Positions 38,495 through 53,541 of a DNA stretch of 64,000 nt are shown here, one piece after another. The position numbers and the translations under genes were made by a program. The DNA is taken from the NCBI GenBank assembly GCA_964016885.1, contig OZ024743.1:56978001-57042000 (forward strand), in the 5' to 3' direction. The notes beneath the pieces were generated by a model, which searched no databases, was not told the DNA's origin, and worked only from the letters and a program-made list of their open reading frames with translations. Within the stretch, counting starts at the first letter, position 1. Each line of letters opens with the position of its first letter. This stretch comes from Eledone cirrhosa. Its lineage: Eukaryota.

Positions 38495-38960
38495 GGCTTT
38501 CCAAATGCTTCTATCTCGGAGCCCCTCCTGAAGGACGCAATTACCTTTGCCAGGAATTTTACCACTATAACCGATGCTGAGCAAGATGTTATCCTCCATG
38601 CCCGTAAGACCTTCCTATACCACGATGGATCTTACTGGATCAACAAGAAGTCTCAGACCCCATTTGACGTCAGCATGGGAGCGAGTGACTCGGCTGAAAT
38701 TAGCGAAGAACCTCTTTACTGGCCTAACCGGAGGTTTATACCGAGACGACGGCCTCTTCGCCCTGCACAAGGTTAACCCCAGAACCACCGATGGGTTTCA
38801 GAGAAACTTAAGCTCGTTCTTCCGTAATCTATGATTTAGTATAACTATAGAATCTAATATGACTAGAGCCAACTTTTTAGATGTCACTCTCGACCTAGAT
38901 ACTTCCTTCTATTACCCGTACCACAAACGTAATGAGTCCCTTAGATATATTAATTTTCTT
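38495..38960 (+). pseudogene. Internally deleted PLE reverse transcriptase fragment
   Basis: VILHARKTFLY, FDVSMGASDSAEI, GGLYRDDGL, NFLDVTLDL and YYPYHK parallel the RT at 59.6-61 kb. Broken by a frameshift and stops. Confidence 0.8.
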
Positions 38961-38987
38961 AAACTTTTCTTAAACTTTAATCTGTTA

Positions 38988-39090
<103 letters not shown>

Positions 39091-39125
39091 ATATATATAT
39101 ATATATATATCTATCTATATATATA

Positions 39126-39192
<67 letters not shown>

Positions 39193-39532
39193 ATATATAT
39201 ATGTGTGTATATATATGTATATATATATGTATATATATGTATATATATGTATATATATATATATAGAACATTAGTCTACGGCTTCTTTTATACCATAAAC
39301 GTGGTCCTCTATTTGTGTGTAATTGTTTTTCACCGCTCCTATTAATGACGTATTATATTCGTTTTTTTCCCGTTCTTTACCAGGGAACGTTTCCACGAAC
39401 CAAAGTATCGTCTTCCTGTCTTCCTCCGATTGCAACGTTTTTTGAAATATCCACTTCTGCGTTCACAGATTGACTTTGTTAGTTTCAGAAGATCCCGTTA
39501 AGGGTGAAAGCAGCGATTCTTTGCTTAAACTT

Positions 39533-41230
39533 TATGTTTTTCCATTAAATTTGAACATATGTTCCTTAAGGGTTAGTTTTATGCTGGCCCCTTCCTTAAG
39601 GAACATATGTTCAAATTTAATGGAAAAACATATGCCCAAGAGGAAGGAGCAGCCATTGGTGTTAGCATTGCAGGCGACATAGGTAACTTATTCATGGTAT
39701 GGTGGGACAGTAGACTTAAACTTAAATTTAAAGAACAATTAGAAGACCCCTTAACCCTGATAATGTACTCCCGCTACGTTGACGATATAAACATCGTAGT
39801 TAAGACACCCCCACTAGAGAACAGTCAGGAACTGGAGAAAAACACAATGGAAAGCATCCAGCAAATAGCTAACTCCATCCACCAGAGTATTAGAGTTACT
39901 ATAGACTACCCAAGTAAACACCCCAACCATCGATTACCTGTACTAGACACAGCTCTGGTTAGATACCATTAATAACAAAAAACAAATCCCCCATTCCCAT
40001 TATGCCAAACCCATGACTTCCAAACATCTGATCCACCGAAACTCGGCTGTTTCGGACCATACCAAAATCAACATACTGATTGCGGATTTGGTACGGGTGA
40101 TGAGAAACGTGTCCTGCATGTGCAACCCCGAAGAACTAGAGAGACACATACAACACTTCATCCACCATATGCAGTTCTCTGGTTACAATCAGAGAGATAG
40201 AATCAGAGTGTATAGAGGAGCCAGAACCAAATGGGAAAAAAATGGTAAATAATGACACAAATGGGACCTGCCCCTTGTATAGGAGCAAATTTTGGAATAG
40301 AATAGAAAGAACTAGGAATAAGGCTAATAGAATAAACTCATGGTATGATAGCAATAAATACCAGAGTGTAATGTTCATCGATACAACCCCTAGAGGTGAA
40401 TTAGCTTACAAATGTAGAAGGGCCCTAGATAAACATAAACTCAATATTAAGATAGTAGAAAGACCAGGTACCTCCGTAAAAACACTTATTAGCAAGACAT
40501 ACCCTTTCCAAAGACCCCCCTGTATAGATAAGAAATGTATAACCTGTAAAATAAGCCCCCATATTAACTGTAAAACTAGAAATGTAGTGTATAGCATAAG
40601 ATGTACTGAAGGACAATGTAGAGACAAAAATATAGTGTACATAGGTGAGACAGCTCGTAGTGTAGGGGAACGGATAAATGAACACTGGCGAGACCTTCAA
40701 GATAGTAAAGAATCATCTGTACTCTACCAACATGCTAAAATAGAACATAAGGGTAAATTAGAGAACATAGAAATAAAAATAGAATCTACACACAGAAAAG
40801 ACGCAATGTTTAGACAAATCACAGAGGCAATAAACATAAAAGAATTACAACGAAAATTAAATAGAAAATATGAGTGGAACAGCAACATCACAACTTACAA
40901 TTAAGGACAAAATAAAAACACACACACACATAGAACAAACAACCAACCGGTAACATGTAAATAAACAAATAAATAAACAATTATAAACACACACAGACAC
41001 CCGGATGTGGCGAATGCGCAGACTGAGCACGCAACACACACACACAGAAACAAAATGGCGTAGGACAGAACAAAGGAGAGGCACAAAAACAAAGAAAAGA
41101 ATCCCCAGTCACTGAAGAGGTCACAGAATGTGTGACGAAAGAACTTTGACAATATATAAACAACTATCTGGTTGTGGAACCAACCAACCAACCAGAAATT
41201 TATAAATTCCTAAATTTATAAATTTATTAT
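39533..41230 (+). mobile_element. 5'-truncated PLE (RT C-half + GIY-YIG with CCHH; Neptune/Nematis-like) with a short 5' inversion
   Basis: YAQEEGAAIG, YSRYVDDI, LPVLD; C..KC..C linker; VVYSIRC...C..VYIGETARSVGERINEH, LYQHAKIEH, R.ITEA, LNRK. Split into ORFs 39607-39972, 40013-40252 and 40242-40904. Inverted repeat at 39533-39571/39594-39632. Confidence 0.85.
41108..41150 (+). ncRNA. Minimal hammerhead ribozyme in the PLE 3' UTR
   Basis: GTCA CTGAAGA GGTCACA-gaatg-TGTGAC GAAA GAAC TT TGAC. Confidence 0.7.
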
Positions 41231-41296
41231 AATAAATTAAAGTGAAAGCAACTGGTGCGTGTGTTTCTTATTGGCAACATGACCCTCCCAAAGTAT

Positions 41297-41398
<102 letters not shown>

Positions 41399-41478
41399 GT
41401 ATATGTATGTATATGTGTATGTATATGTGTGCGTATGTGTGTGTATATGTGTGTATATATATATGTATATATATATAT

Positions 41479-41606
<128 letters not shown>

Positions 41607-41635
41607 ATGTATGAAATGTATAGGTATATGTATAT

Positions 41636-41711
<76 letters not shown>

Positions 41712-41960
41712 AAGTATGTATATATATATATATATATAAATAAAATAAAATAACAGGAGGCTGGACTGGTGTAAATCCTTGAAAGGTTGTATAATAAATC
41801 TTTCAAGAATTTACACCAGTCCAGCACTCCGTACTCGCACCACCAACTACACAAACGAAGATGGGTGAACTGCACTGCGTTGAGTACTCTTTACAATATT
41901 ACACCAGGATTGACCATACGGAATGACCAGTTCTATCCAGTGGTGAACCAAGAAACCTAA

Positions 41961-42000
<40 letters not shown>

Positions 42001-42070
42001 GAGTTATTAACTCAAATAGTCTTTTACAATTAAATAGCTCAAAGAAAGGAATGTTTCTGAGCCGTGTAAT

Positions 42071-42790
<720 letters not shown>

Positions 42791-42896
42791 ATATATATAT
42801 ATATTTGTGTATGTGTTTATGTATTTTGTATATGTGTATATATGTGTATTTCTGTAGATGTGTTTGTATATGTTTATATATGTGTATATTTATATG

Positions 42897-42988
<92 letters not shown>

Positions 42989-42994
<6 letters not shown>

Positions 42995-44187
42995 TTAGTT
43001 AAGCAAAACAAGGCCACAAACTTCACAAGGAACACATTATTAAAAGATTGTCAACATAATTTAGTTTGATGTAAGGAATGTAGAGATAATAATAATAATA
43101 TTGATAATAATTGTTTCTACTTTAGGCACAAGGCCAGCAATTACCCAGTGCGTTACTGGTACTTTATTTCATCGACTCCGTAAGGATGAAAGGCAAAGTC
43201 AACCTCGGCGGGATTTGAACTCAGATCGTAAAGGGACGTAACTATGCTGGAAAGCATGGCGTCCGACCCTCTACCGATACTGCCAATCCACCGCCCTTAA
43301 TTGATATTGATATTGATAATAATAATGTCCGTTTACAATTGTTTCGATACTCCATATAATATTTCTGGATCAGATGATTATATATCATAATTGATGTGGT
43401 TCGGTTGAAAATAATTAACATATTTAAAAATTAGCACTTAATTATAAACACTCACAATTTTTAATCTCTCGAGAAGTTACTTCCCCTGAAACCATCCTCT
43501 AATTAGTCAGGTAAATATGCCCCTTGGCAGCCATATTGTTACCCATAGGCAGATCTCACTCAATGAAGCCTCGACAGATGAATACTGCTTGATTATGGCT
43601 GACAATTAATGCAACCAAGACACCATAGTAAAAACCAATATATGGAACACTATATTATGTAACATTATCCCATTATTTTAATTTATATTCCTTTGAAGTT
43701 CCGATGAGCCACTCTGTTTTTTAAATAAGTTAATTATTTTCAACTGAACCAGATCAATTATGATATATAATCATCTGATCCAGATATATTATATGGAGTA
43801 GCGAAACAATTGTAAACGGACATTATTATTATCAATATTATTAAGGTCGGTGGATTGGCAGTATTATCAATATTATTAAGGGCGGTGGATTGGCAGTTCG
43901 GTAGAGAGTCGGACGCCATGCTTTCCAGCATAGCTACGTCCCTTTACGATCTGAGTTCAAATCCCGCCGAGGTTGACTTTGCCTTTCATCCTTACGGGGT
44001 CGATAAAATAAAGTACCAGTAATGCACTGGGTAATTGCTGGTCTTGTGCCTAAAGTAGAAACAATTATTATCAATATTATTATTATTATTCTCTACATTC
44101 CTTACATCAAACTAAAATATGTTGACAATCTTTTAATAATGTCTTCCTTGTGAAGTTTGTGGCCTTGTTTTGCTTAACTAATGAATA
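42989..44187. repeat. Inverted repeat (arms ~42989-43420 and ~43729-44187), each arm containing a SINE at the same position
   Basis: The arms are reverse complements. SINE on - at ~43111-43297 and on + at ~43879-44066. Confidence 0.9.
43698..43817 (+). ncRNA. Degenerate hammerhead motif with a long loop II
   Basis: GTT CCGATGA GCCACTC-(~80 nt)-GAGTAGC GAAA CAATTG TA AAC. Has a U4C change and one stem II mismatch. Confidence 0.45.
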
Positions 44188-44749
44188 TTTACAGCTCTGC
44201 GCACCTAACTTCTGCATGAACCCAGCCACCTAGCTGCTTTCTACTGCATATTGCACATTGAACACGTGCCTTTACGCTTTGGCTTCTGACTAACTCACCA
44301 ATCTCTCCTTTCATATCTCCTCTACTATCTCCATATCTCTCTTTAAGATTGGTTACTCTTGAACTGTATATATATATATATATATAAAAAAAAAAACCCA
44401 CTCCCACAAATAACTCCTCATTCACTACCAGAAAGGCACACAGCAGTCAACTTGCTGCTACCAAGATGAAAACTACTATGAAATCCCACACTGAATTTTA
44501 TACTTGAATTTTCAAATCTCAAATTTTAACTTTTCTTATTATTAATTTTTCTTAATATTAATCAACATTTGAAAAGATGGCTTTTGCAGACCCATCGAAA
44601 CCGGTCATTTTTTATACCCTTTATTCTTTCCTTACCTTATAAAATTATATGTTTCTTCACAAAAAAGTATTCTGTCTCTTATATATTCCATGTGCCATTA
44701 CCAACCTCAATTTTCTCTATAACCTTCGTTTTGTGTAGAAACTTACACT

Positions 44750-44826
<77 letters not shown>

Positions 44827-45030
44827 TAGGTACACGTACATACACATATGTATACAGACGTACAGTAGTATGTATACATATATATACATACATGCACACA
44901 TATATATATGTACGTATGGATTCACCGAACATTTATTATAATGCTCGGTGTGTTTGTAAACAAACATCCCGCATTAAGCCGTAGTATTTAGCAACCATCG
45001 TTGCTCGTTTGTTCAACACTGACAAAGGAA

Positions 45031-45071
45031 CGCTGTACTAGTTTCAAGCTTATTAGCTATCGTCAGCAACG
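45031..45071 (-). ncRNA. Minimal hammerhead ribozyme
   Basis: CGTTG CTGACGA TAGC-taataa-GCTT GAAA CTAG TA CAGCG, with palindromic CTAG in stem III. Confidence 0.75.
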
Positions 45072-45524
45072 TATACCTTCCTGCCAGATTGTTGAACGTA
45101 TATACTTACCTTATGCATATTAACGGCTGAGTAGCCCAATTTGCATATCGAGTGGGTTAATTGGCCGGGTGCACCGAAAACGATATATTTATTAAAATAA
45201 CAGATTAAAGTTTAAGCAAAGAATCGCTGCTTTCTCTTAAGCTAACAATGCCTATATTTCAGGTGTCGATAAGATGGTTGGGGGTCGGACATGGTTGATG
45301 GATTTAAAGAAAAGGGAAATTCTTTAAAAGCTAATTCTTTAAAGCCCTACTTAGAGTGACAAAGGCCAAGAGAATTCTATAAACCAGTTCAAAATATTGG
45401 GTGCCTATCATATCATTATTGTCATATTTCTCTTAAGCTATATTCCAGGTGTCAACAGACACATTCACATACCCCCCCCCACACATATATATATATAAAT
45501 ATACATATATACATATACATACAC

Positions 45525-45623
<99 letters not shown>

Positions 45624-45656
45624 CATATACATATACATATACACACACATATATAC

Positions 45657-45708
<52 letters not shown>

Positions 45709-45976
45709 GGAAAAAATGAAACGAAATTTCATTTCCCACTCTTAGTACGGCTGTTACTTAAATATAAGTATGTACACGTACATACACATATGTATACAGA
45801 CGTACAGTAGTATGTATATATATATATATATGCATACATGCACACATATATATATGTACGTATGGATTCACCGAACATTTATTATAATGCTCGGTGTGTT
45901 TGTAAACAAACATCCCGTATTAAGCCGTAGTGTCTAGCAACCATCGTTGCTCGTTTGTTTAACACTGACAAAAGAA

Positions 45977-46017
45977 CGCTGTACTAGTTTCAAGCTTATT
46001 AGCTATCGTCAGCAACG
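45977..46017 (-). ncRNA. Minimal hammerhead ribozyme (copy of 45031-45071)
   Basis: Identical motif 946 bp downstream. Confidence 0.75.
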
Positions 46018-46405
46018 TATACCTTCCTGCCAGATTGTTGAACGTATATACTTACCTTATGCATATTAACGGCTGAGTAGCCCAATTTGCATATCGAGTG
46101 GGTTAATCCATACGTACATATATATATGTGTGCATGTATGTATATATATATATACATACTACTGTACGTCTGTATACATATGTGTATGTACGTGTACCTA
46201 CTTATATTTAAGTAACAGCCATACTAAGAGTGGGAAATGAAATTTCGTTTCATTTTTTCCGTTTATCGTTTTCTGTGCAGCCGGCCGATGAACCCACTCG
46301 ATATGTAAATTGGGCAACATGACCCTCAACATACATATATATATGTATATGTATGTATATGTGTATGTATATGTGTGCGTATGTGTGTGTATATGTGTGT
46401 ATATA

Positions 46406-46486
<81 letters not shown>

Positions 46487-46551
46487 ATGTATGATATGTA
46501 TAGGTATATGTATATATATATATGTATATATGTGTGTATAATGTATATGTA

Positions 46552-46648
<97 letters not shown>

Positions 46649-46925
46649 ATGTATGTATATATATATATATAAACCTTTCAAGAATTTACACCAGTCCAGC
46701 CTCCTCTTATTTTATTTTATTTATAATTAACTCCGTACTCGCACCCCCAACTACACAAACGAAGACGGGTGAACTGCACTACGTTGAGTACTCTCCACAA
46801 TATTACACCAGGATTGACCATACGGAATGACCAGTTCTATCCAGTGGTGAACCAAGAAACCTAAAGATATATATATATATATGTATGTATATATGTATGT
46901 GTGTGTGTATGTATATATATGTGTA

Positions 46926-47024
<99 letters not shown>

Positions 47025-47259
47025 GTATATATGTATGTGTGTGTGTATGTATATGTATATATATATATATATATATATAAGTATATATTACACAAAGAGA
47101 AATGTGTTACACAGTGAGAAGTGTGTAAAGAATTATTACAAGTGATTTTACCGTTATTGTATAGGGAACAATATCTACAGGTAAGCAATTAAATAGAAAA
47201 AAACCAGATCAGAATCAAATCTCTGGATTGGAATTTTAAATCACAAACCTTATAACTAT

Positions 47260-47360
47260 ATTTTGCTGATACGAACCTAGTTTTTCGTTTCACCACTTAT
47301 ATGTGTCACCACCTATATGTGTAGAATAATAGTCCAACATGGATCATCAGTCAGCAAAAT
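47260..47360 (-). ncRNA. Hammerhead ribozyme with a 10-bp stem I
   Basis: ATTTTGCTGA CTGATGA TCCA-(44 nt)-TGGT GAAA CGAA-aaactagg-TTCG TA TCAGCAAAAT. Confidence 0.8.
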
Positions 47361-47672
47361 GCGAGACTGAATCCTGCACATCTAACCTTCATAGCTAGAG
47401 AGATTGCAAATAGACACGCGGGCCAGAGTGGGCGAAATCACGTGTTATTCGAATCAAATAACGGCTCTCATGGATTGGGGAAGATGCTAGAAAGTGCAGC
47501 CCAACCATGTGAATTATTAGCTCAACAATTTGGAGCTCATTAATTATACAAAAATCGGAATTAAGAGTATTCCGCAGTTCACTGTAATAATAATAATAAT
47601 AATAATAATAGTATTATTAGCTCAAAGAAGAATATATATATATATATGTTGTATATATATATATATATATAT

Positions 47673-47816
47673 ATAACGAAGGAAATGTGGTAAGGAACCA
47701 GGTGGACCATAACGCACCAAAGTACTCAATACTTGAGGTAGTAGAGTGGGTAATAGGAACCAGTAAGACCCCGACAGCTGAGCTCAAGCCGTTTCGACGG
47801 CTAATTCTGGACTAAA
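47673..47816 (-). mobile_element. Short 3'-terminal copy of the 2.2-kb PLE pLTR (3' half of the hammerhead only)
   Basis: Matches 2221-2365 and sits in (TA)n. Confidence 0.85.
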
Positions 47817-47915
47817 TATATATTTGTGTATGTGTTTATGTATTTTGTATATGTGTATATATGTGTATTTCTGTAGATGTGTTTGTATATGTTTATATTT
47901 GTGTATATTTATATG

Positions 47916-47976
<61 letters not shown>

Positions 47977-47982
47977 ATATAT

Positions 47983-48033
<51 letters not shown>

Positions 48034-48078
48034 AATATATATATATATGTATATATATGTGTGTATATGTATATGTGA

Positions 48079-48250
48079 AGGCGTGTGGCTGAGTGGTTAG
48101 AGAATTGGATTCGCAATCATAAGGTTGTGAGTTCGATTCCTGGACCAGGTGATGCGTTATGTCCTTGGGCAAGACACTTTATTTCACGTTGCTCCTTCTA
48201 CCTGGAGTTGCGACCGATAGATAGTATTAGCAATTGGAAAGACCGACGGA
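48079..48250 (+). mobile_element. Second tRNA-derived SINE family
   Basis: A box tggctgagtgg and B box gagttcgattcc, then the SINE core gtccttgggcaagacacttta. Confidence 0.7.
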
Positions 48251-48438
48251 AACATTGTTCCCTCGGTCCGATTTGACGAAAGTCGATCGACTCCTATGTA
48301 TATGTATGTATATATATGTATATATGTGTGTGTATATATATATGTGTGTGTGTGTGTATATATATATATGTATATATATGTATATATATATATATGTATA
48401 TGTGTATGTATATGTATATATATATATATATATATATC

Positions 48439-48464
<26 letters not shown>

Positions 48465-48470
<6 letters not shown>

Positions 48471-48960
48471 TGTCTGTTGACACCTGGAATATAGCTTAAG
48501 AGAAATATGACAATAATGATATGATAGGCACCCAATATTTTGAACTGGTTTATAGAATTCTCTTGGCCTTTGTTACTCTAAGTAGAGCTTTAAAGAATTA
48601 GCTTTTAAAGAATTTCCCTTTTCTTTAAATCCATCAAACATGACTGACCCCCAACCATCTTATATACACCTGAAATATAGGCATTGTTAGCTTAAGAGAA
48701 ACTTAAAAATAAGGAGTGACACCCCATTCTGAACTTGTTTATAGAATTCTTTCTGCCTTTGTCACTCTAAATATAAATTATAGCCTTAAAGAATTAGCTT
48801 TTAATGAATTCCCTTTTCTTTCAACCAATGACCTCCACCCATCCCACTCCGCACCCTCTCCTACCACCTGAAAAGATATGAATACCACAACACTTATTCC
48901 TGATGATTTCTAAAGAATGAAACAGTTCTAGGCCTGTAAAATCTCATCTATATTAAAACT
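48465..48960 (+). mobile_element. pLTR-like segment with internal duplication and a hammerhead motif at 48896-48942
   Basis: 48465-48700 is the inverse of 45231-45470. 48896-48960 is the inverse of 38428-38492. Confidence 0.65.
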
Positions 48961-49032
48961 TTTATACTCTGTTATGTATTGAGTACCTTACTTACTGTGG
49001 TTACCTCCGATTCAACCCGCCGGAATAACTTA

Positions 49033-49114
<82 letters not shown>

Positions 49115-49229
49115 AAGAATTAATATCTAGTAACATATATATACATACAGATGCATATCAATGCTAGCAAATATATAGGTTTTGTCTTAGTAACTTTGTG
49201 GTTCAATGCATGGGTTTGCAGAACAATAA

Positions 49230-49856
<627 letters not shown>

Positions 49857-50083
49857 CATAATAAATGCAGACAGTGGATGCTGTGCACTCTATTGCTGCA
49901 TTAAGTGTGTGGCCAAAATTCGAGTACCGGTATAGATTGAAGGTACCCATTTACGTGGGTTGTATTGAAGCGAATAACTGTCTACTCTGGGATTTTACAT
50001 AATATTACCTATTGTAATATTACTGAGATGCAACCGGTACTAGCAGTGAAACCCATGCTAGTCCCGTCAACTTATTATATATT

Positions 50084-50118
<35 letters not shown>

Positions 50119-50899
50119 TGAGCTGATTCTTTCTATGAGTGAAAACATATATCGTTTGAATTTGTATTATATATATATATTCTGTTCTTGAGATGTTTCG
50201 CTTTTAAATGTGTTGTGTTGGATCTCCGTCAATTCCGACGAAGATCGTTCCAGTTGTCTAACGGAACAATCAGCTCATAAAATTATCGTGCAAGTGGCAG
50301 TCGTTATAGGCCTGTTTTTTGCTTGAATTACTTCAGCACAGTTATCAATGCCATCACCTAAGTCTTAAGGCCCGTGATCATCTGTGTGGAAGGTTATGAG
50401 TAATAGAATGACTAAAGTCACACTCCTACCTGTTTTAGATACGTCAGGTGTATTTCCAGGTATCTATGGACTCGTAATCCTTAATGGAGTCTTAGGGGCA
50501 CGTGGCTTGTCTTGGGAATTTGAAATCTGGCAGAGCCTATTCCCTCTCCAGGTTGGAACACAACCAGTTTCTTTCAGTGAATTTGAGAGAGAAAGAAAGA
50601 GAGAGAGAGAGATGAGAGGGAGAGAGAGATAAGGGAGAGAGATGAGGGAGAGAGAGATGAATGAGAGAGAGAGAGAAAAGAGAGACGAGAGAGAGAGAGG
50701 GGGGGGGAAGGAGCGAGAGAGAGACGTAGAAGAAGCACCGATCTTAGAACTGGACTGGTATGACATTTATCGACCTTAAACGAGTGAAAGGCAAAGTTGA
50801 CTTCAGTGGGTTTTGAACTCAGAGGGCAGAGAGTTAGAAAAAATTGTCGAGGCATTTATTCCAACGCTTTAAAATCTGCCAATTCGTCACCTTATGGGA

Positions 50900-51350
50900 A
50901 GAATGTGTGAGACAATGAGATTTGTGTTGAAGCCACCGAGAACGATACTTTCAAAGAAGAGTGAAGTGAGATAGATATCTGTGATGCAGGAAGAGATATG
51001 GTGGCCGAAGTGTTATTCGTAGTTTGGCGGAGTTCGGAAAGCGGTAGTAGAAGCAAATGTATTTCATGGCGTGATCCTGGAAGAATCTGAGACAGATTAA
51101 CTCGAAACCATTGTTACTGATAACTAGGTGGAAAAATCGAGGAGTGTGAGTAGAATTTACTTATGTGCAGACACCACTTTTTGGAGTGAAATTAGAGTAA
51201 GAAGAGTGACCTGGATAACAGAGATAGTCTACAGATGGAGGTTGAAAGAGTTGTGTCTCAGAAAAGAATAGAATGTCTAACTTGCGTGGAGGTCTAATTT
51301 GCATCGGATCCACGGATGTTAGAGAAGAGGAGTAGTTTAATATCAACCAT
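50900..51350 (-). pseudogene. Decayed APE endonuclease fragment of a LINE
   Basis: FSNIRG in one frame and LDILFFSETQL...YPGH...KSGVCT in ORF 51161-51355 match APE N-terminal motifs. Confidence 0.55.
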
Positions 51351-51849
51351 ACCAATACGTTGTGCGTACTTACGTATATATCTCAGACCTGTCAACTCTT
51401 CCCGTCAGACCCACTTTTGGTACGGCTTATATTATGTAACATCTCATTTTGCCTCATTTCTCCGCGTTTTGGGGCACTTATTTTCATGGTACTCCCCGTT
51501 TCGGTTTTTAGAGGTTGATAGGTCTGATATCTATTTATATATATCTATGTAATTGGCAGTAGCGAGGCCCTCATATGTTTATTGTACATAAATATATTGT
51601 ATATGTTTTCATGTACACTCTAATTATATCTGTTTAACTTTAAAATTTACACACACAAACATACATTCACATACAGTCAATGAATTTCCTATTTCAGCCA
51701 TGTTGCTACAATAAGAACGCTTTCCAGTTACAAGGTCAAGGTTTCTAACCTTACATTTGTCTCTGTAATTAGCTATTTCTCCAAAGTTATTCATACATTT
51801 AATCCTGTATGTCATTTGTACATATGTGCTTAACGTTTATGTATATCCC

Positions 51850-52020
51850 AGAAGTCATCATCATTGCGACCACAGTCGAATATTCCTGACAAATCTCTCT
51901 ACAATTCACGATTTTCCATTGTTCCCTACTGAGGTTTGTATCGTCGGAGAGTTGATCAATGATGTTTCGAGCTGGTACTCCTTTACTGCGTCTCCCGTAA
52001 GTTGGTTCCCACAAGAGTAG
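51850..52020 (-). mobile_element. RTE-like LINE 3' fragment
   Basis: WEPTYGRRSKGVP...IDQLSDDT is similar to the fragment at 55.4 kb. Confidence 0.55.
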
Positions 52021-52197
52021 CTTGTGTATATCCCTCTGCTTATTTCTTCAGCTACGAAATAACAACTACAAATCTTAGAAGTAAATCATCAAAATATTAT
52101 CTTAATCACTTCAACATAAACTATAAGATTTCTCTTATGCAATCTATTAATTTATCGAAACGCAAATTTCCCAGACATATTGGGTAATTTAGGTATA

Positions 52198-52410
52198 TAC
52201 GAGGAGCTGCTGAGGAGTTCTTGGCTTGATCGCTGCTACAGAAAGCTGGATGGAGGCCCAACTTTCCGAGTTCTTTTTACAGGGCTTAGAAAAACTGAAG
52301 GACCGCTGCAATAAGTGTGTGAATCTGAGAGATGTTGAATAATCATAATTAACTGATCCTCTTGTATTTTATTTTACTCAAAGCCAGGGACTTTTCAACA
52401 CCCCCTCGTA
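52198..52410. mobile_element. Tc1/mariner-type MITE (family of 1512-1707)
   Basis: TIRs tacgaggagctgctgaggagttcttggctt / aagccagggacttttcaacaccccctcgta. Confidence 0.75.
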
Positions 52411-53244
52411 TGGCATACCAACCCTGGACTCCAAAAATGAAATACATTTAAGGCCATTGCTGTAATTATGGACGGTACAGATCCACTCATATTTTATATA
52501 TTATGTTAGGTGTATTATAGTTGCTAAGCCTCAGGTCAGCTTTGATCGATGAGAATGCAGATCAAAGAGTTCCAGCTGTGGCCATCTTAATTTTTTTTAT
52601 TGAGACAATACATTTAGGAGTAAATTGTCCAATGTATTCTTCCTTTTTTAATACGGTGTTGTGTGATGTGAGTGATATTTGACTGCTATTTATTCCGGCT
52701 CTCTGCGCTCTGAGTTCAAATCCAGCTGAGATCTACTTTGCCTTTCATCCTTTCAATGTAGAAACATAAAATACAAGCACGGTGCTAGGATCGATTCTTC
52801 CGCTATGTTACTTTCCTTCTTTTTCTCTTGCTCTCTTTCTTTCTCAGACCTGGAGAGGATGGGCTCCGCCAGGTTTAAAATGCATAAGACACTATATGTC
52901 AGGAAGGCGCTCCTAGGACTCCATTAGGTGTTAAGTGCTATTTATTTCTCTTTACAAGTAATAGATATTGTATTTTTTTTTATCTGGAAGAAATTGATTT
53001 TTTTGTCAGAGGTTTCACGGGCAAAACCAACCGGCAGGAGACTCAAGGGTATACCATGTTTGGATAACATACATGATCTCGGCTGGTATCGCTTGGGGAT
53101 CCAGCCGGATCAATTGGTGACGGTTGATTCTGAGGGGACCCATTGGAAAGCATGCTTGAGGACTCTGTACCCACCACGATGCTCTCAGGAATCGGCGAAG
53201 AAGAATAACAACAACAAGAAAAGGAAGAAAAAGAGAATAGTAAT

Positions 53245-53541
53245 AATTGTTTCTACTTTTAGCACAAGGCCAGCAATTACACAGTGTATCACTGGTACTT
53301 TATTTTATCGACCCCGTAAGGATGAAAGGCAAAGTTAACCTCGGCGGGATTTGAACTCAGAATGGCAAGCTACTTTAGGCATAATGCCAGCAATTATCTC
53401 AGTGTATTACTGGTACTTTATTTTAAGGATGAAAGGCAAAGTTAACCTCGGCGGGATTTGAACTCAGATCAGAAAGGGTCATAACTCTATGCTGCAAAGC
53501 ATGGTGTCCGACCCTCTACCGATACTGCCAGTCCACCGCCC
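53245..53541 (-). mobile_element. Two tandem tRNA-SINE copies
   Basis: Same family as 1-407. Confidence 0.8.

Larger units (their letters stand above)
44823..46312. mobile_element. Direct + inverted pLTR-like repeat cluster
   Basis: 44823-45160 is repeated at ~45765-46106. ~46107-46265 is the inverse of ~45705-45868. Each direct copy carries a hammerhead motif. Confidence 0.75.

Noticed and set aside
39381-39418. Hammerhead-like remnant on minus (CAGG AAGA CGA..TCG TG GAAA CGT TC CCTG)
   Set aside because: The CUG of the core is absent. At best it is a dead relic.
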